This document shows positions 34,072 to 46,289 of a DNA stretch of 64,000 bases, in pieces (within the stretch, counting starts at the first letter, position 1; each line of letters starts with the position of its first letter). The stretch comes from Squalus acanthias (Eukaryota): contig CM059432.1 of the NCBI GenBank assembly GCA_030390025.1, positions 102,426,001 through 102,490,000 of the forward strand. Reading direction: 5' to 3'. Under the pieces are notes generated by a model. It had not been told where the DNA came from, made no database searches, and was given only the letters and a program-made list of their open reading frames with translations. A program made the position numbers and the translations under genes.

Positions 34072-35372
34072 TGTGAAGGAATACGCCATATTCAGAAAAA
34101 TACACCATCCTATGAAAGAATTTTGACTTTATTAAAACATGACAAACTGGGCTTGAAGATCTGGAAGCCGCAACAATCTAAAGCTGTGAACAGCATACAG
34201 GCTGTTGAGATAAGATAAGTTGTTGACACTGAGACAATAGCCTCGTTGAAACAGAAGGTTAGAGGTTCCAGGAAGTCTGAAGCTTGGAAAGAAAACAATG
34301 GAATACCCTGTTAAAGTGTCTTAAACCAACACTTTGAAATGAAACACAGAAAATTAAAGAAATATATGCCTTTGTAAAAATGACATCAAATAGATGCACC
34401 TGTTACAACCGTTTTTTATGATAAGCTTGAGACACCTACACAGCAGACATAAGTCTGTAATACAACCAACTGAGGTAACTAAGAAGACAATGGTGCAACC
34501 AGCCGAGGTGTTCTAAATGCAAAAGATACAAACAGAAGACTTTCGTAAGAATGACATCAATAGATGTACCAGCCATCACATTGTTTTTGTGTTGAACTTG
34601 AAACACCTAAAGGAGAGACACGAGTTTGAATGCTATCAGCTGAACTAACTGTAAGAATAGAAGGGGTCAACAGAAAAATGACTAGAGATAATTAGCGTAC
34701 ATCAACAGAAAACTTCAAAGGACATACGACTGAAAAAAGGGTATAAAAATTGGACTTTCAAATGGGAAGATTGATTTGCTTGAAGGGGCAAAGCAATTCT
34801 CAGGCTTCAGAGGCAAGCTCTGTAGGTCTTCAACTCTTTGAGTCTCGGGGATCAAAAAGGTACTTGTATTTGATTTTGGTGGATATCCTGGAATAAGACT
34901 AAGAAATGTAAAAATGTAACGAAGTTAAGACTTGAATCTCTGATAACAAGATTGTAAAAGCTTACTCTTTTTGGAATGTTAAAGTTGCGATTGAATCACC
35001 AACTGTAAATTACATGTTTAATAAATCTATATATTTTTAGAATTATCTCACATAGTACTTCTGTATCAAACTCGCAAACTCCATCTCTGTAAGCTCTTTG
35101 GTGAGGAGTTGCAGAATTCTGGGGGAGTTTTCCAGACCCTCATAATATCCGGAATGTTACAGTCTAGCTAAACTTATTAAAAGTGCTATCTGGAGGACGG
35201 TAACATCTTCAGGCTGTTCCTTTCCTTTAGGGAGAGATAGTCCAGACCTTTAGACCCAATTAAGCATCTTTAGGATTTCGCTACCTCTAACTTTAGTTGA
35301 AGGTGAATGTCTGGGGAATATGCCTGATCCAGGGTAGCCCAAAAGGGGCTAGGACTAGTAATTATCCCTTCA
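34072..35372 (+). repeat. Foamy-like 5' LTR (1301 bp)
   Basis: Homologous to 41414-42204 and 60985-62260; gtataaaa near 34741, aataaa near 35020. Confidence 0.95.
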
Positions 35373-35374
35373 GT

Positions 35375-35388
35375 TGGCGCCCAACGTG
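35375..35388 (+). promoter_or_regulatory. PBS tRNA-Lys1,2
   Basis: tggcgcccaacgtg, the first 14 nt of the canonical foamy PBS TGGCGCCCAACGTGGGGC, 2 nt after the LTR. Confidence 0.9.
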
Positions 35389-35627
35389 TGTGTTAATGAG
35401 TTGATACAGAACCTATACTTATATTTATATCTATATCCATCTTGTAGATTGTTAAGTATAGAAGGAGTGTTTTACTGACAGTGGTACTAAGACCCAGATT
35501 TAAGTCTCTAGAGATGACAAGTCCCTGATCAGGCCTTGTAGAACTTAAATCAGAACTCCCTCAAAATACCATAGAAATTTCTTATAAAGTTCATATTAAA
35601 CCCTAACCGAGGTTAGGTCCTGAAGAA

Positions 35628-37206
35628 ATGGCAAACCCTGTCGGAATTGGCCAAGTCTTTTTATTAGGAAATTCAAACGATTGCTTTAATAGGGGAAATA
35701 ATCCTATCCCTGTACCTCCACAAAATCAAGTGATAATTTTTGAAATCGAAATTTTTGATGCCGACGGAGCCGTTAGAACTCATGGCACGATTAATGTTGA
35801 TCCCCAGAACCAGGGATACAGAATATCCAGTGGGATAATCAAACAAATACTCCAAATCCATTAAATTCCTTAATGATAAGGTGTACACCCGCACAATTGG
35901 GAGGCCTAATGAACGGTGCCCAACAAGTTGGTGGCAACCTTGGCCGAATAGCATGACCCGGAGCAGCCTATGCTCCTGGGGGCCATGGATTCCGGTTAAG
36001 GTGGCAAGCTCATGATGAAATAAATGACCAGAATCTTGGAGAAAACTATAGACAGCTTAGAATCCATTATAATCAATGCTGACAGGCACTAGCTCAATCT
36101 TATCTAAATGCTGGAGGCGCAATGATTACTGGTCCAGTAAGCCAACCCCAGCAACCACACATTGCACCCCTTGGTCAAGTAAACCTGAGCTCTATCTACA
36201 CAATATGTGTAGACCGGGAAACACCAGCCAGGAAAAAACCTGCTGGATTTTAACTAACCTTGATACATTGGAAACCTGTTGCCAAGATTGGAATGCCCAA
36301 CACCTGAGGCAAACACTGCAAATGATACTAATTTCAGACTTAATTCCCCCATTAAACCAGTATAACAACTGGGTTAAAATATACGCCTATGTTCTCACGG
36401 CAACTCAGGGAGGGCATGTAATGGGTTCCATAAAGGAAATACTCACTAATACAGCCACAACTAAAGGGCTGGTAGCTGCCTACAGAATAGGCAAAGTACT
36501 TACACAGGATAACTGGGACATTGTCCATGGTTGCCTGGCCAATCAATACGAAAATACAGCCCTCAAGCTTGCCTGTGAGGGTGCTCTAAACGATTATCGA
36601 GATTGCCAACAAAGATGGGATAAAGTCAATCGCATTATCCAATTAAATCATGACCACTTAGGTCTACCCCAAACTAAACCTATAATGAGATCAGAAACTA
36701 GGGTTAAAAAAAAAAACAGAGAAGGTACCTTTGGTACTCAGAAACAAGGACTGTATAGACCCAAGTCTCAAGTCCACCCCGCCCAGACACAAACTCGTGG
36801 CTCAGGACCCCCAAGAGGGTATTCCAGAAGGTTTACACCCCCAACTCGCCCACAATACGAGAAAGATTTCTCCCCAGAAAGATGGGATAGACGAGGGGCT
36901 AGACCTCGAAAGGAAAGCAAAGGACAGTGGACTCCCTATGGGGACAGTTTTTACACTGGCCAAAACTATCAGAGAGCCATGGGAGGATATCGGGAAAACC
37001 GAAATGGGGATCAAAAAGATTCCTGGCAGAACCAACGTCCACCTCAACAGGAGGATCGTCAAGATAATAAACGGTCCGACAAACCCCCTAAGGGATCTGG
37101 AAAACATGATACCCCCAAGAGGGAGGAACAAAAATCAGTTAAAATAATTAAAGACAAAGCAGCAAATGAAACTCAGGATCCTGAGGATGAACAATCCCAG
37201 GATTGA
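35628..37206 (+). pseudogene. gag: Foamy-like gag
   Basis: Between PBS and protease; broken N-terminus; Gly/Arg-rich C-terminus (RGSGPPRGYSRR, WDRRGARPR, GGYRENR) with no zinc knuckle. Confidence 0.8.
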
Positions 37207-40200
37207 AGGCCTGGCACCCAGCCAGGGCCTCTTGAATTCCCCTATGCCCTGGCAACCTTGCCCACAAACACACAAGTGAAGGCCCTGTTTGATACAGGAG
37301 CTGATTACACTGTAATAGATCCTGCAATTATAAAAACTAAGTGGACAGATTTGGGGAGCCCAATTTGTTAAAGACCATTAGAGGGATTCACACAAGACAA
37401 AAACAAAATAATTAATTTTTACAAAATACCTATTACTATATATGGAATCACGGTGACCGTAGATGTAGGACTGGTACCACAATTGGCCTGTTCCCTCATT
37501 ATAGGACAAACAGACATGAAACATTACCTTAAAATCTCAACCAGATCTGTAGAAGCATCCACAGACCAGGATGACAGGGAAAAACATGTTCGGACACAGC
37601 TTGATCGAACTTGCCTACAGGAGGGCGGCAAAGACCTCCTCGAGCAACTCATTAATAGATACTACCCTTATCTACAACGCCATCCAAATCAATGTGGAAA
37701 GATAGATATTAAACCCCACCCACTTGAAGCTGGCTGGCACAAACCTAAAAAACAGTGGCCTATTCAAGACCACTAAGGAAAAATAGATCTCATAACAACG
37801 CTCAAAGAACTAACAGAACAAGGTGTCTTAATCAAAATGACATCTAGACCTAATTCACCATTGTTTGGTGTTGCTAAACCAGATGGGAGGTGGAGATTAG
37901 TGGTCGATTATACAGCCTTAAATAAGGTAATGGCCCCACATACTGCACAACAGCAAAATTCCACAGCCCTTCTCTCTGGAATCACGAGGGAAAAATATAA
38001 ATCTTGTATTGATCTAGCAAACGGCTTCTGGTCACATCCAATCGAAAAAGCTGATTGGCCACAAACAGTGATGACTGGACCCGATGGTTATCAGTATTGC
38101 TGGACCAGATTGCCCCAGGGATTTCAAAACAGTCCTGTTCTCTTTTCAGCCCACATCATTGACCTTTTAAAAGACCTACCGAACGTCAATTCTTATATGG
38201 ACGATATATATCTGTCACATGACAATCTCCAAGAGCACTTGAAAGCCATTGATAGTGTTTTATCCAGTCTTACAACTGCTGGGTACTTAATCAACATAAA
38301 AAAGAGTCAACTAGTTAGGGAAGAGGTAGATTTTCTGGGCCTGCGAATAACTTGAAACGGTAGAGGTTTAACTCAATCTTATAAAGAAAAATTAGCCACC
38401 ATTCAATATCCTAAAACTCTGAAAAATCTGCAAGCAAGTTTAGGACTCCTGAATTTTGCTCGATCCTTTATGCCAACCTTTGCTGAGCTCTCAGCCCCCC
38501 TGTATGCTAGAGTGGGCGAAGCAGCAAAAGGACCATTCATATTTTCACCAGACGATTACTCAAAATTGCAACAATTATGCCGAGAGGTTCAAAAAGCCAT
38601 AGACCTGGAACAGAGGGACCTACAAGTTCCCCTCAATATTCATCTCAGGTCATCACCTAGAGTGTCAGTTGCAGTTTTCTATAATGAAAAGAGCATAGTG
38701 CCCATTCAGTTCCATTCTTATAACTTTTCCAATGTCGAAAGGAGGTACATTAAAAAAGAAAGGGTCATGACTATGGTAGTCCAATGCCTCATCAAGGCAC
38801 GACCCCTTCAAGGGAAATACCCCATTACCATCTATACTGAGATTCCCGATTTAAGATCAGTATTGAGGATGGCCTCTGATGAACAAAGAGCCACCCAGAT
38901 CCGACATGATAAATGGGCATCGTTTTTGAATGATCCTACACTCATTTTTAAATTCCTCTCCCGGAAATGGACTTGGAGCATCTCCCCATCATGGAGGATG
39001 ATGAGGCGGAGGAGGGAATCAGACAAATACCTATGAGACCGCTTATAGAGTACCATCAAGTCATTTTATGTGATGGATCGTCGATGACAATTGAAAAAGG
39101 AACATCCCAACAATCGTCAGCTGGGATGGGAATAGTAGTAGGGACTTTTTGAGATTCCTATTCTTTTTATCCAGAAGAATTACTGTCCATAGCCCTTGGC
39201 CATAAGACAGCACAATATGCTGAAGCCGCAGCATTACAGTATGCTTTAGAAAAGGCAGACCCTATTAAACCCACACTAATCTGTATGGATAGTGACTAAT
39301 GTAAAAGAGGATATTACCAAGATCTAGTTTTCTGGGAACAAACAAATTTTACCAATCATAAGGGTAAACCCATAAAACATAAGTCATTGTGGGAAGACAT
39401 TCTCCGTTCGAGAATGGAGAAACAGAATTGTCAGGTGATTCATATAAACGGGCATACCACTGGGACAGTGCACTCAAAAGGAAACAGTCTTGTTGACGAA
39501 CAAGCGAAACGTTCGGTCTGCATGACACCCCCTCGAGAGGGGCCTGCCAATATTAGTGTAATCACTAGGGCAGAACGGGCAGCTAATCAGGATGAGGAAC
39601 TGATTCAGCTATTAGACACAACAAAAGAGAATCCACCAGGATATCCACCAAAGTACTTTTACTCGGAAAGCCCTACGTGTATTGTGCTAGTTAAGTTGCC
39701 CAAGGGAAACCGAGAAGTACCCCCGAGACACAAACGAGAACAGCTTGTAAAAGAAGCTCACGAGGGCATAAGTCAAGCACATTGTGGTGCCAGAACAACA
39801 TTCTGCAAATTGACCCCTTTATATTGGTGGCCAGGCATACTTAAGGCCTGTAAAACATACGTGGCAAATTGTGAGCCATGCTATTTAACTATTAAGTCAT
39901 CACTAATTAAGCCACCACCATGGGCTCCTGTGAAAGCTGATGAGCCAATGGGAAAATTCTTTATTGACTTTATTGGACCACTTCTGCCGTCTTTGGGATA
40001 CAGACATGTTCTCGTTTGTGTAGATAGATGCACTTCCTTCTGCTGGCTGGTCCCCACAGAAACTGTTTCAGAAAATGCACTAGCCAAGGCTATTCCTGAC
40101 ATAATTACTGTAGCTGGTGCACCCAAAATCTTACACTCCGATCATGGCGGAGCCTTTGTCTCCAAGGTCTTCAAATACTACTGCGAGCAATGGGGGATTG

Positions 40201-40786
40201 GGTTAGAGCACAGCACGCCACATCATCCGCAATCAGCGGGGCTGGTGGAACGTAAAAACCAGGAAGTAAAACAGCTATTGGTCAAACTGTTGAGAATCGG
40301 GGGGAATAAGTGAACCACCATCATTCCGGAGGTGCAGCTATCACTTAATAGTGTGCCCACATCTGCATCAGAGACCATGTCCCCTAAAACTCCATATTAT
40401 CTGATGTATGGGGTTGAGATGAATACACCGCTTACCCATAGTTCTTTTATTGCCTCTACACTCTCTGAGTCCTTGACCCGACAGCGACAGTTAGATTTAA
40501 AAAAGAAGTAACAGAGGAGATTCATCAAATTGATCAGAGGATAAGGGAGGCAAATAGGCAGAAAAAATTGACAAACAAAGCATTACAACCCCTAGTAGGA
40601 GAATGGGTACAGGAAAAGAAGTTCGAGCAAAAACCTGGTTTAAGACCGAAGTGGAAAAAACCTGTTCAAATACACTCTGTTATTAACGAAAGAACAGTTA
40701 AAATACATATTAATCAGCTGAATGGCAAGCATATTCTTAAAACTGTCTCCATAGACAATCTCAAAAGATGTCCTGCGGGATACTGA
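37207..40786 (+). pseudogene. pol: Foamy-like pol (PR-RT-RH-IN), several stops and frameshifts
   Basis: ALFDTGA; KYKSCIDLANGFWSHPI, QYCWTRLPQGFQNSP, YMDDIYLSHD, LGLLNFAR; KFFIDFIGPL, LHSDHG, STPHHPQSAGLVERKN; LRPKWKKP..TVSIDNLK closely follow prototype foamy virus Pol motifs. Confidence 0.95.
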
Positions 40787-41413
40787 AATGGAGGAACAAT
40801 ACAAGATGCAGTCATACACTGTCTTTCAAGACCCAGCTTGGAGCACGACACAGGAAATGGATGCAATCGAACTACTGACGACGGTCAGTCAGACGGTGGC
40901 GCCGACTCCTCCACACGATGCTTGGCAACGCCTCAGGAATTAGATTCGCAAAAAGACACAACAAAAACAAGTAAAGACCAACAAGTTACTTCAACGAAGG
41001 AGGAAAACACCGCGGATGAAGAAGGAATCAACTGAGTGCCTGGCAAGGCCTTTACGAAAACAAGAATCTGTACGCACGCCGGATCAAAGGAAAAGCGTGT
41101 TAAGCTTCAGCTAGTTCCAAATGATGTCTCCTTGACTCGTATGAATAGCTCACCTCTACGGAACGTACATCTGCCGATTGGACATTCTAAGTACATGTTG
41201 TTTCGCTCATTGCATCACTATGTACCTATCATCCTTCTAAATTGTGTACAATTTAAAATAAGGCAAAACATTGTCCTAAGATAACTTAAAAGGAATTTTC
41301 ATGTAGCACATGATTGTGAATCTCATGAAATTAATCTGCTATTGTAACCTTATTGGTAACATTGACCAAACTCTGTCTTGATGCTCCAGTTCATTTTTTG
41401 GTCAAGAGGGGTG

Positions 41414-42204
41414 TGTGAAGGAATACGCCATATTCAGATAAATACACCATCCTATGAAAGAATTTTGACTTTATTAAAACATGACAGACTGGGCTTGAAG
41501 ATCTGGAAGCCTCAACAATCAGCAGAAAACTTCAAAGGACATACGACTGAAAAAAGGGTATAAAAATTGGACTTTCAAATGGGAAGATAGATTCGCTTGA
41601 AGGGGCAAAGCAATTCTCAGGCTTCAGAGGCAAGCTCTGTAAGTCTTCAACTCTTTGAGTCTCGGGGATCAAAAGGTACTTGTATTTGATTATGGTGGAT
41701 ATCCTGGAATAAGACTAAGAAATGTAAAAATGTAACAAAGTTAAGATTTGAGAATAAGGATCTCTGATAATAAGATTGTAAAAGCTTACTCTTTTTGGAA
41801 TTGTTAAAGTTGCGATTGAATCACCAACTGTAAATTACATGTCGGTTCTTTAATAAATCTATATATTTTTAGAATTGTCTCATATATTACTTCTGCATCA
41901 AACTCGCAAACTCAATCTCTGTAAGCTCTTTGGTGAGGAGTTGCAAAATTCTGGGGGAGTTTTCCAGACCCTCATAATATCCGGAACGTTACAGTCCAGC
42001 CAAACTTATTAAAAGTGCTATCTGGAGGACGGTAACATCTTCAGGCTGTTCCTTTACTTTAGGGAGAGATAGTCTGGACCTTTAGACCCAATTAAGCATC
42101 TTTAGGATTCGGCTACCTCTAACTTTAGTTGAAGGTGAACGTCTGGGGAATACGCCTGTTCCAGGGTTGCCCAAAAGGGGCTAGGATTAGTAATTATCCC
42201 TTCA
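41414..42204 (+). repeat. Foamy-like 3' LTR with a 525-bp U3 deletion
   Basis: Preceded by PPT aagaggggtg; lacks the equivalent of 34179-34703. Confidence 0.93.
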
Positions 42205-42385
42205 TACTGTTGAAATTCCTCCTTGGATTCGAATTGCCTCGCATGTATTAGTAATTGTATAATTCATTGTGGTATTCTATCTGTTTAGGTTATCACGTAA
42301 ACTGAAATGAAAAGTAAAAGGCGAAAAACTGGAAAGATTTAAAAGGGGATTTGGGGTGATGGAATCAAATGTATCGACTGTATAA
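42205..42385 (+). pseudogene. env: ERV-A env, 3' segment (TM and tail)
   Basis: VEIPPWIRIASHVLVIV*FIVVFYLF...MESNVSTV* matches ERV-B IEVPSWIRIASHILVV...ESTV*. Confidence 0.92.
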
Positions 42386-42473
42386 AAGAAATGTAAGATT
42401 GGGCTGAGACCGGCAATACACTCACCACAGCAGAAGAATCGACGGAAGTAATATCTCTAGTGTCAGAGATATT

Positions 42474-42485
42474 AAAGGGGGGAGA
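42474..42485 (+). promoter_or_regulatory. ERV-A polypurine tract
   Basis: aaaggggggaga directly before the 3' LTR. Confidence 0.9.
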
Positions 42486-44185
42486 TGCAGGATACGTTCC
42501 TCCCCCCAAATGTAAAATTTATGGAATATAAAAAACCCCAAACCCACGGACATTGAACTGTGAAATATAAAGCCATACCTCAGCACACAGAGGTGGGCTA
42601 TGCAGTAAGGGGTTAATTCAAACATTGCAATGAAACTATGGCTCATTAAAAGAAATTGGAAAAGACAATGGGCCAGAAATTCGGCTCCCTGGCTTCCCGC
42701 GGGTGCAAGGATCGCACGCACACCTACCTACCGTACCTGCCGTTGACCCGTGGGCCCGCGGGGGATTCCAGTCCTGGGCCTCCTCCAACTGCTGGCGTGC
42801 AGTGCTTGCGTATCCCAGGGGCGTAGTTAGTGCGATGCGTCCCCTGGGATCACGTGGGCCATGGAGAGCCAATGGCAGCAGACCATCTTTCATTCATAGA
42901 TTTGACAGGAAGACCTGTCAAATTTATGAATACAGATCGGCCTCAAAACATCCCTAAAACTACAAATAAATAAAAATACATCACATTTTTAAAATAACTA
43001 TAAATTACATTAATTAACTATTTTAAACAAAAATTTAAAATTTTGAAAAAATGAATTACACTTTTTAACGGGGCTAAAACTAAACTTACCTTTCTTTAAA
43101 GTAATTAAAAAAGATAAATCTGTGAATAAAATGTTTAAATTTTAATAAAATCAACACTTACCTTGTTAAAAGAAGGCCTTGCGCCTCCTTTTTCAACGTG
43201 CATCTTCTCCATGCTTACCCTCACGGAGGAACCTGTAAAAAAACCTGAAGTGCGAGGCGAACGCGCTGGCCCTCCGGTGTGCGCGTTCGACCTCTGAACC
43301 CCTTTCCTTCAGGGGAACGGAAGTGCCGGTTTCCTGCGCATGCGCAGTGCATGCAAGAAACCGGCACTTTCGTTGGGCCTACGGGTGAGTACGCAATGCG
43401 TACTCACCCGTAGAGACCCGAATTTCTGCCCTATTATCATACTCAAATGATGCAGGATAACTGCCATCGACTCAATACAATTAAAGTATTGAGAATGCCA
43501 TCAGCATAGACAATAGCACCGGACGACGTCCATTACCATCTGAATGGTTCCTGCCAAGAAGAAAAAGGGACATTCACACATTTGTTAACTTTAGAGTCAG
43601 GAATCTTGTACCATAGAAAGGTTACATTGTTTAATCAGCATGAGAACTGGGCCCACCCGGTCCTGCGTAGACCAGGGCGTGGAATCGAGATATCGTGATA
43701 GGTATCTTTATAAAAGAGGACAAAATCACAGAGGGGGACTGCAGTCGGAAGGAGGACAGAAGGTTTGGTCACCTAGTCCGGGCCTACAATCAACGCCAGA
43801 CCGACCAGCTGTGTGAGTGATTGTAAGTTTCAGTCAATTTATAGAGGGGTTTGTCTGGGTAATTTTGTAAGCAGCAGTCGAATCGCAGAAGGGTTTGTGC
43901 TGTGGGGTTTTGTGTTAGTTTCAGTTAAACTGCGGAAGAGTTTTAACTGGTATTTTGTGTCAGTTTCAGGTAACCTTGTGTAAGGGTTTTGTATTGTGGG
44001 TTTTGTGTTATCCCGGTCAAATCACAGAGGGGTTTGCACGGGGGGGGGGCGGAATTTTGTGAGTTCAATAAATGAACAAATGGAAGGTTGAGCCAAACCC
44101 TGTGTTGTGTGTATTTTGTTCTTATAAATCCTGAAGTCCAAGAACGGTCTGTAAAGGGAGGGGGACGGAAACGTAACCTCCTACA
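42486..44185 (+). repeat. ERV-A 3' LTR (interrupted by a MITE)
   Basis: Colinear with 9810-10710 apart from substitutions, small indels and the MITE. Confidence 0.95.
42670..43432. mobile_element. Harbinger-type MITE, family M1 copy 2
   Basis: TIR gggccagaaattcgg / ccgaatttctgccct; the empty site aagac-att-atcat is visible in the 5' LTR; TSD AAT/ATT. Confidence 0.93.
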
Positions 44186-44189
44186 GTAC

Positions 44190-44770
44190 CCCTTACAATT
44201 CACATAAAAGACTTCTCTATCTATCAAAGCTCCTACATGGGTGCTATCAATTACATGCTGCACCCTGTACAAACCAGAAAGATGGTGAAAACTAAGAGCA
44301 AGTGGTTCATGCCCCAGGCATTCATGGAAAAAACTGTCATCATTTCCCCAGGCAAACAGGGCAACAGTGACATGCTGGATGCATCTATGCAACATCGATT
44401 TGACTGATGCAGATAGTGTCACCTGTGGCCCCCTGAAACTGTTCAGTGGCAAAAAGCTTAAGTGCTGTTGTTACTTTTAGTGACACTTCAAGAACTGTGG
44501 AAGCTCAGGAGCATGGCTTCAGGTCCTCTTCCAACAGGTGACAGAGCTCTCATACTAACTCCCTGCTAAGCCAGAGTTTCCTTAAGTATTTCTCCTCTGA
44601 GAGGTCCGCTTTGGTCTGTAACCTGCTTAGCTGGGTACCTCTGAGTCAGTACCCTCCTCCTCTGGTTTTGTCTCATCGTCCTTCCATCCAGCAGAGCTTC
44701 CTGCTCATCCTCCTCTTCCCCCATATAACACATGCAAAGGGAATCCCAAAGAGCACCCCTATCCTGCACC
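44190..44770 (-). pseudogene. Old Harbinger transposase, 5' half (right flank of ERV-A)
   Basis: HRCIQHVTVALF, RVQHVIDSTHV, FYVNCKG then the GTAC junction. Confidence 0.8.
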
Positions 44771-46289
44771 TTGAGACCGATTAAGCTTCACTGTGAAGTT
44801 GTATTATTAACAATGCTTCAGCTTTTAAACAGAGAGGTCGAAAAGGATATCAGACTCACTGGTCCTGGTTAATGAATTGGAAAGCCGATATCTACAGTTT
44901 TTGGATAGGATGTTACTTTGTGATCTTAATCTTTATAAGCTTAGATTCAATGAAGTATTGACTGCTCCTGTAAAATGTTCCTACTTTGCACTTACCATAG
45001 GTATAGAACATTGTGGAGCCAAATTAGTTAACTCTTCATTCTTCATTTAAAGAAACAGTAATAACCTTCATTATCTCATTAGGCCAGAGGATATTTGACC
45101 TCTAATTAAGAGCATTTATGAAACACTTTGTGAATTTTAATATGATTGGTACGTTACCAGTAAATGTTTCTGTTTCAGATTCAAATTCTTGCCCTCTTTC
45201 AACTAAGCTATATATATTTGCAACCATCAAAATAGATTTATTTGTTCCTTTAATTTGAATTAATCCTGATGAATAATCCCACAAACAATTCCATTTAACA
45301 TAGATTACATTTTCTCTGGTATATCTTGAAACCCACGATCAGAAGATAGGTTTAGATGAAGAAAGCCCATGAATGACATTTGATCTCACCCTTCCACAAT
45401 ATCAACTCTATCATCTTCCCAGTACAGCATCTAACTATTACTTAAGTCATTCCAGTATCCTACTCTCAACCACCTTCCTGGCTGTTGATCACCCTCTGAA
45501 GAAGTAAATCCTGTTGCCTGTCTTAAATTTCCCCTTCACAAACTTCTTACACTGTTGCTCTAGTCTTTCTGAAATTAATTATTCCAGGTTTACCTTCTCT
45601 ATCCTGTCAGCTATCACATACTGAGAGTAAACTCCACCTAATATGGTGAATCAACCTGGGAAAAGCACAATCTTGAGCCTATATCTAAATCTTGGGATCT
45701 GGTACTTTATTTTTGAAAATTAGCCCAACAGAGAAAGGAGTGCTTTCTATATGTTCCAAATGATTTCAGAGGAATTCATGATATAAGTTGTTATCTTGTT
45801 ATCAGATATTTCATTTTGTAAAACAATAGATAGATAGGAGAAACAAAAAAGCTGATCATTAAAAATAAATGTTTTAGGCTCAAAGGTCGCCTATTTATAT
45901 TCAGTGAAATATATTATTTTTCTTGTGGTATATCCCATGTATTATACACCAAAATACAGATATTGCATATACGTATTTACAAAATTAAAATACCCATATA
46001 AATGGACCAAAAGTTTCTGGTTCCTATTTTGAGACTGTCAGGCTTAAAGTCTCAAGCTTAAATATACTTTAAGCAGTTTCCCGGCATTAAAGGCATATAT
46101 TTTCTGCTGTACAATTAATGTTACAGGTTCTGAATCATTGCCCCTTGCCCGACTACTATGTTACATTAATTGTAATGATTCTAACTTACCAAATGGAAAC
46201 AAGTCATGTTACTGCTACAAATATATGCTATAATGCTGGTTGTAATCAAGGGTAGATAATGATGATGCAGGAAAAGAGACGCAGAAGAT

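Larger units (their letters stand above)
34072..42204 (+). mobile_element. Endogenous foamy-like virus (Spumaretrovirinae-like), env-deleted, degenerate
   Basis: LTRs tgtgaagg..cccttca, TSD TAAT/TACT (one mismatch), tRNA-Lys1,2 PBS, foamy-type RT and IN motifs, Gag without CCHC. Confidence 0.93.
9810..44185 (+). mobile_element. ERV-A: degenerate lokiretrovirus-like endogenous element carrying nested insertions
   Basis: Paired LTRs with TG..CA ends (tgtagga..tcctaca), 4-bp TSD GTAC (9806-9809 / 44186-44189), PBS, gag-pol-env order, PPT. Confidence 0.93.

Noticed and set aside
40530..40610. Central PPT of the foamy element
   Set aside because: Purine-rich, but no exact copy of the 3' PPT was found
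44850..45300. Possible host exons on the minus strand (gtaagt/gtgagt donors, 60-aa ORF)
   Set aside because: Weak acceptors, in-frame stops and no recognisable protein
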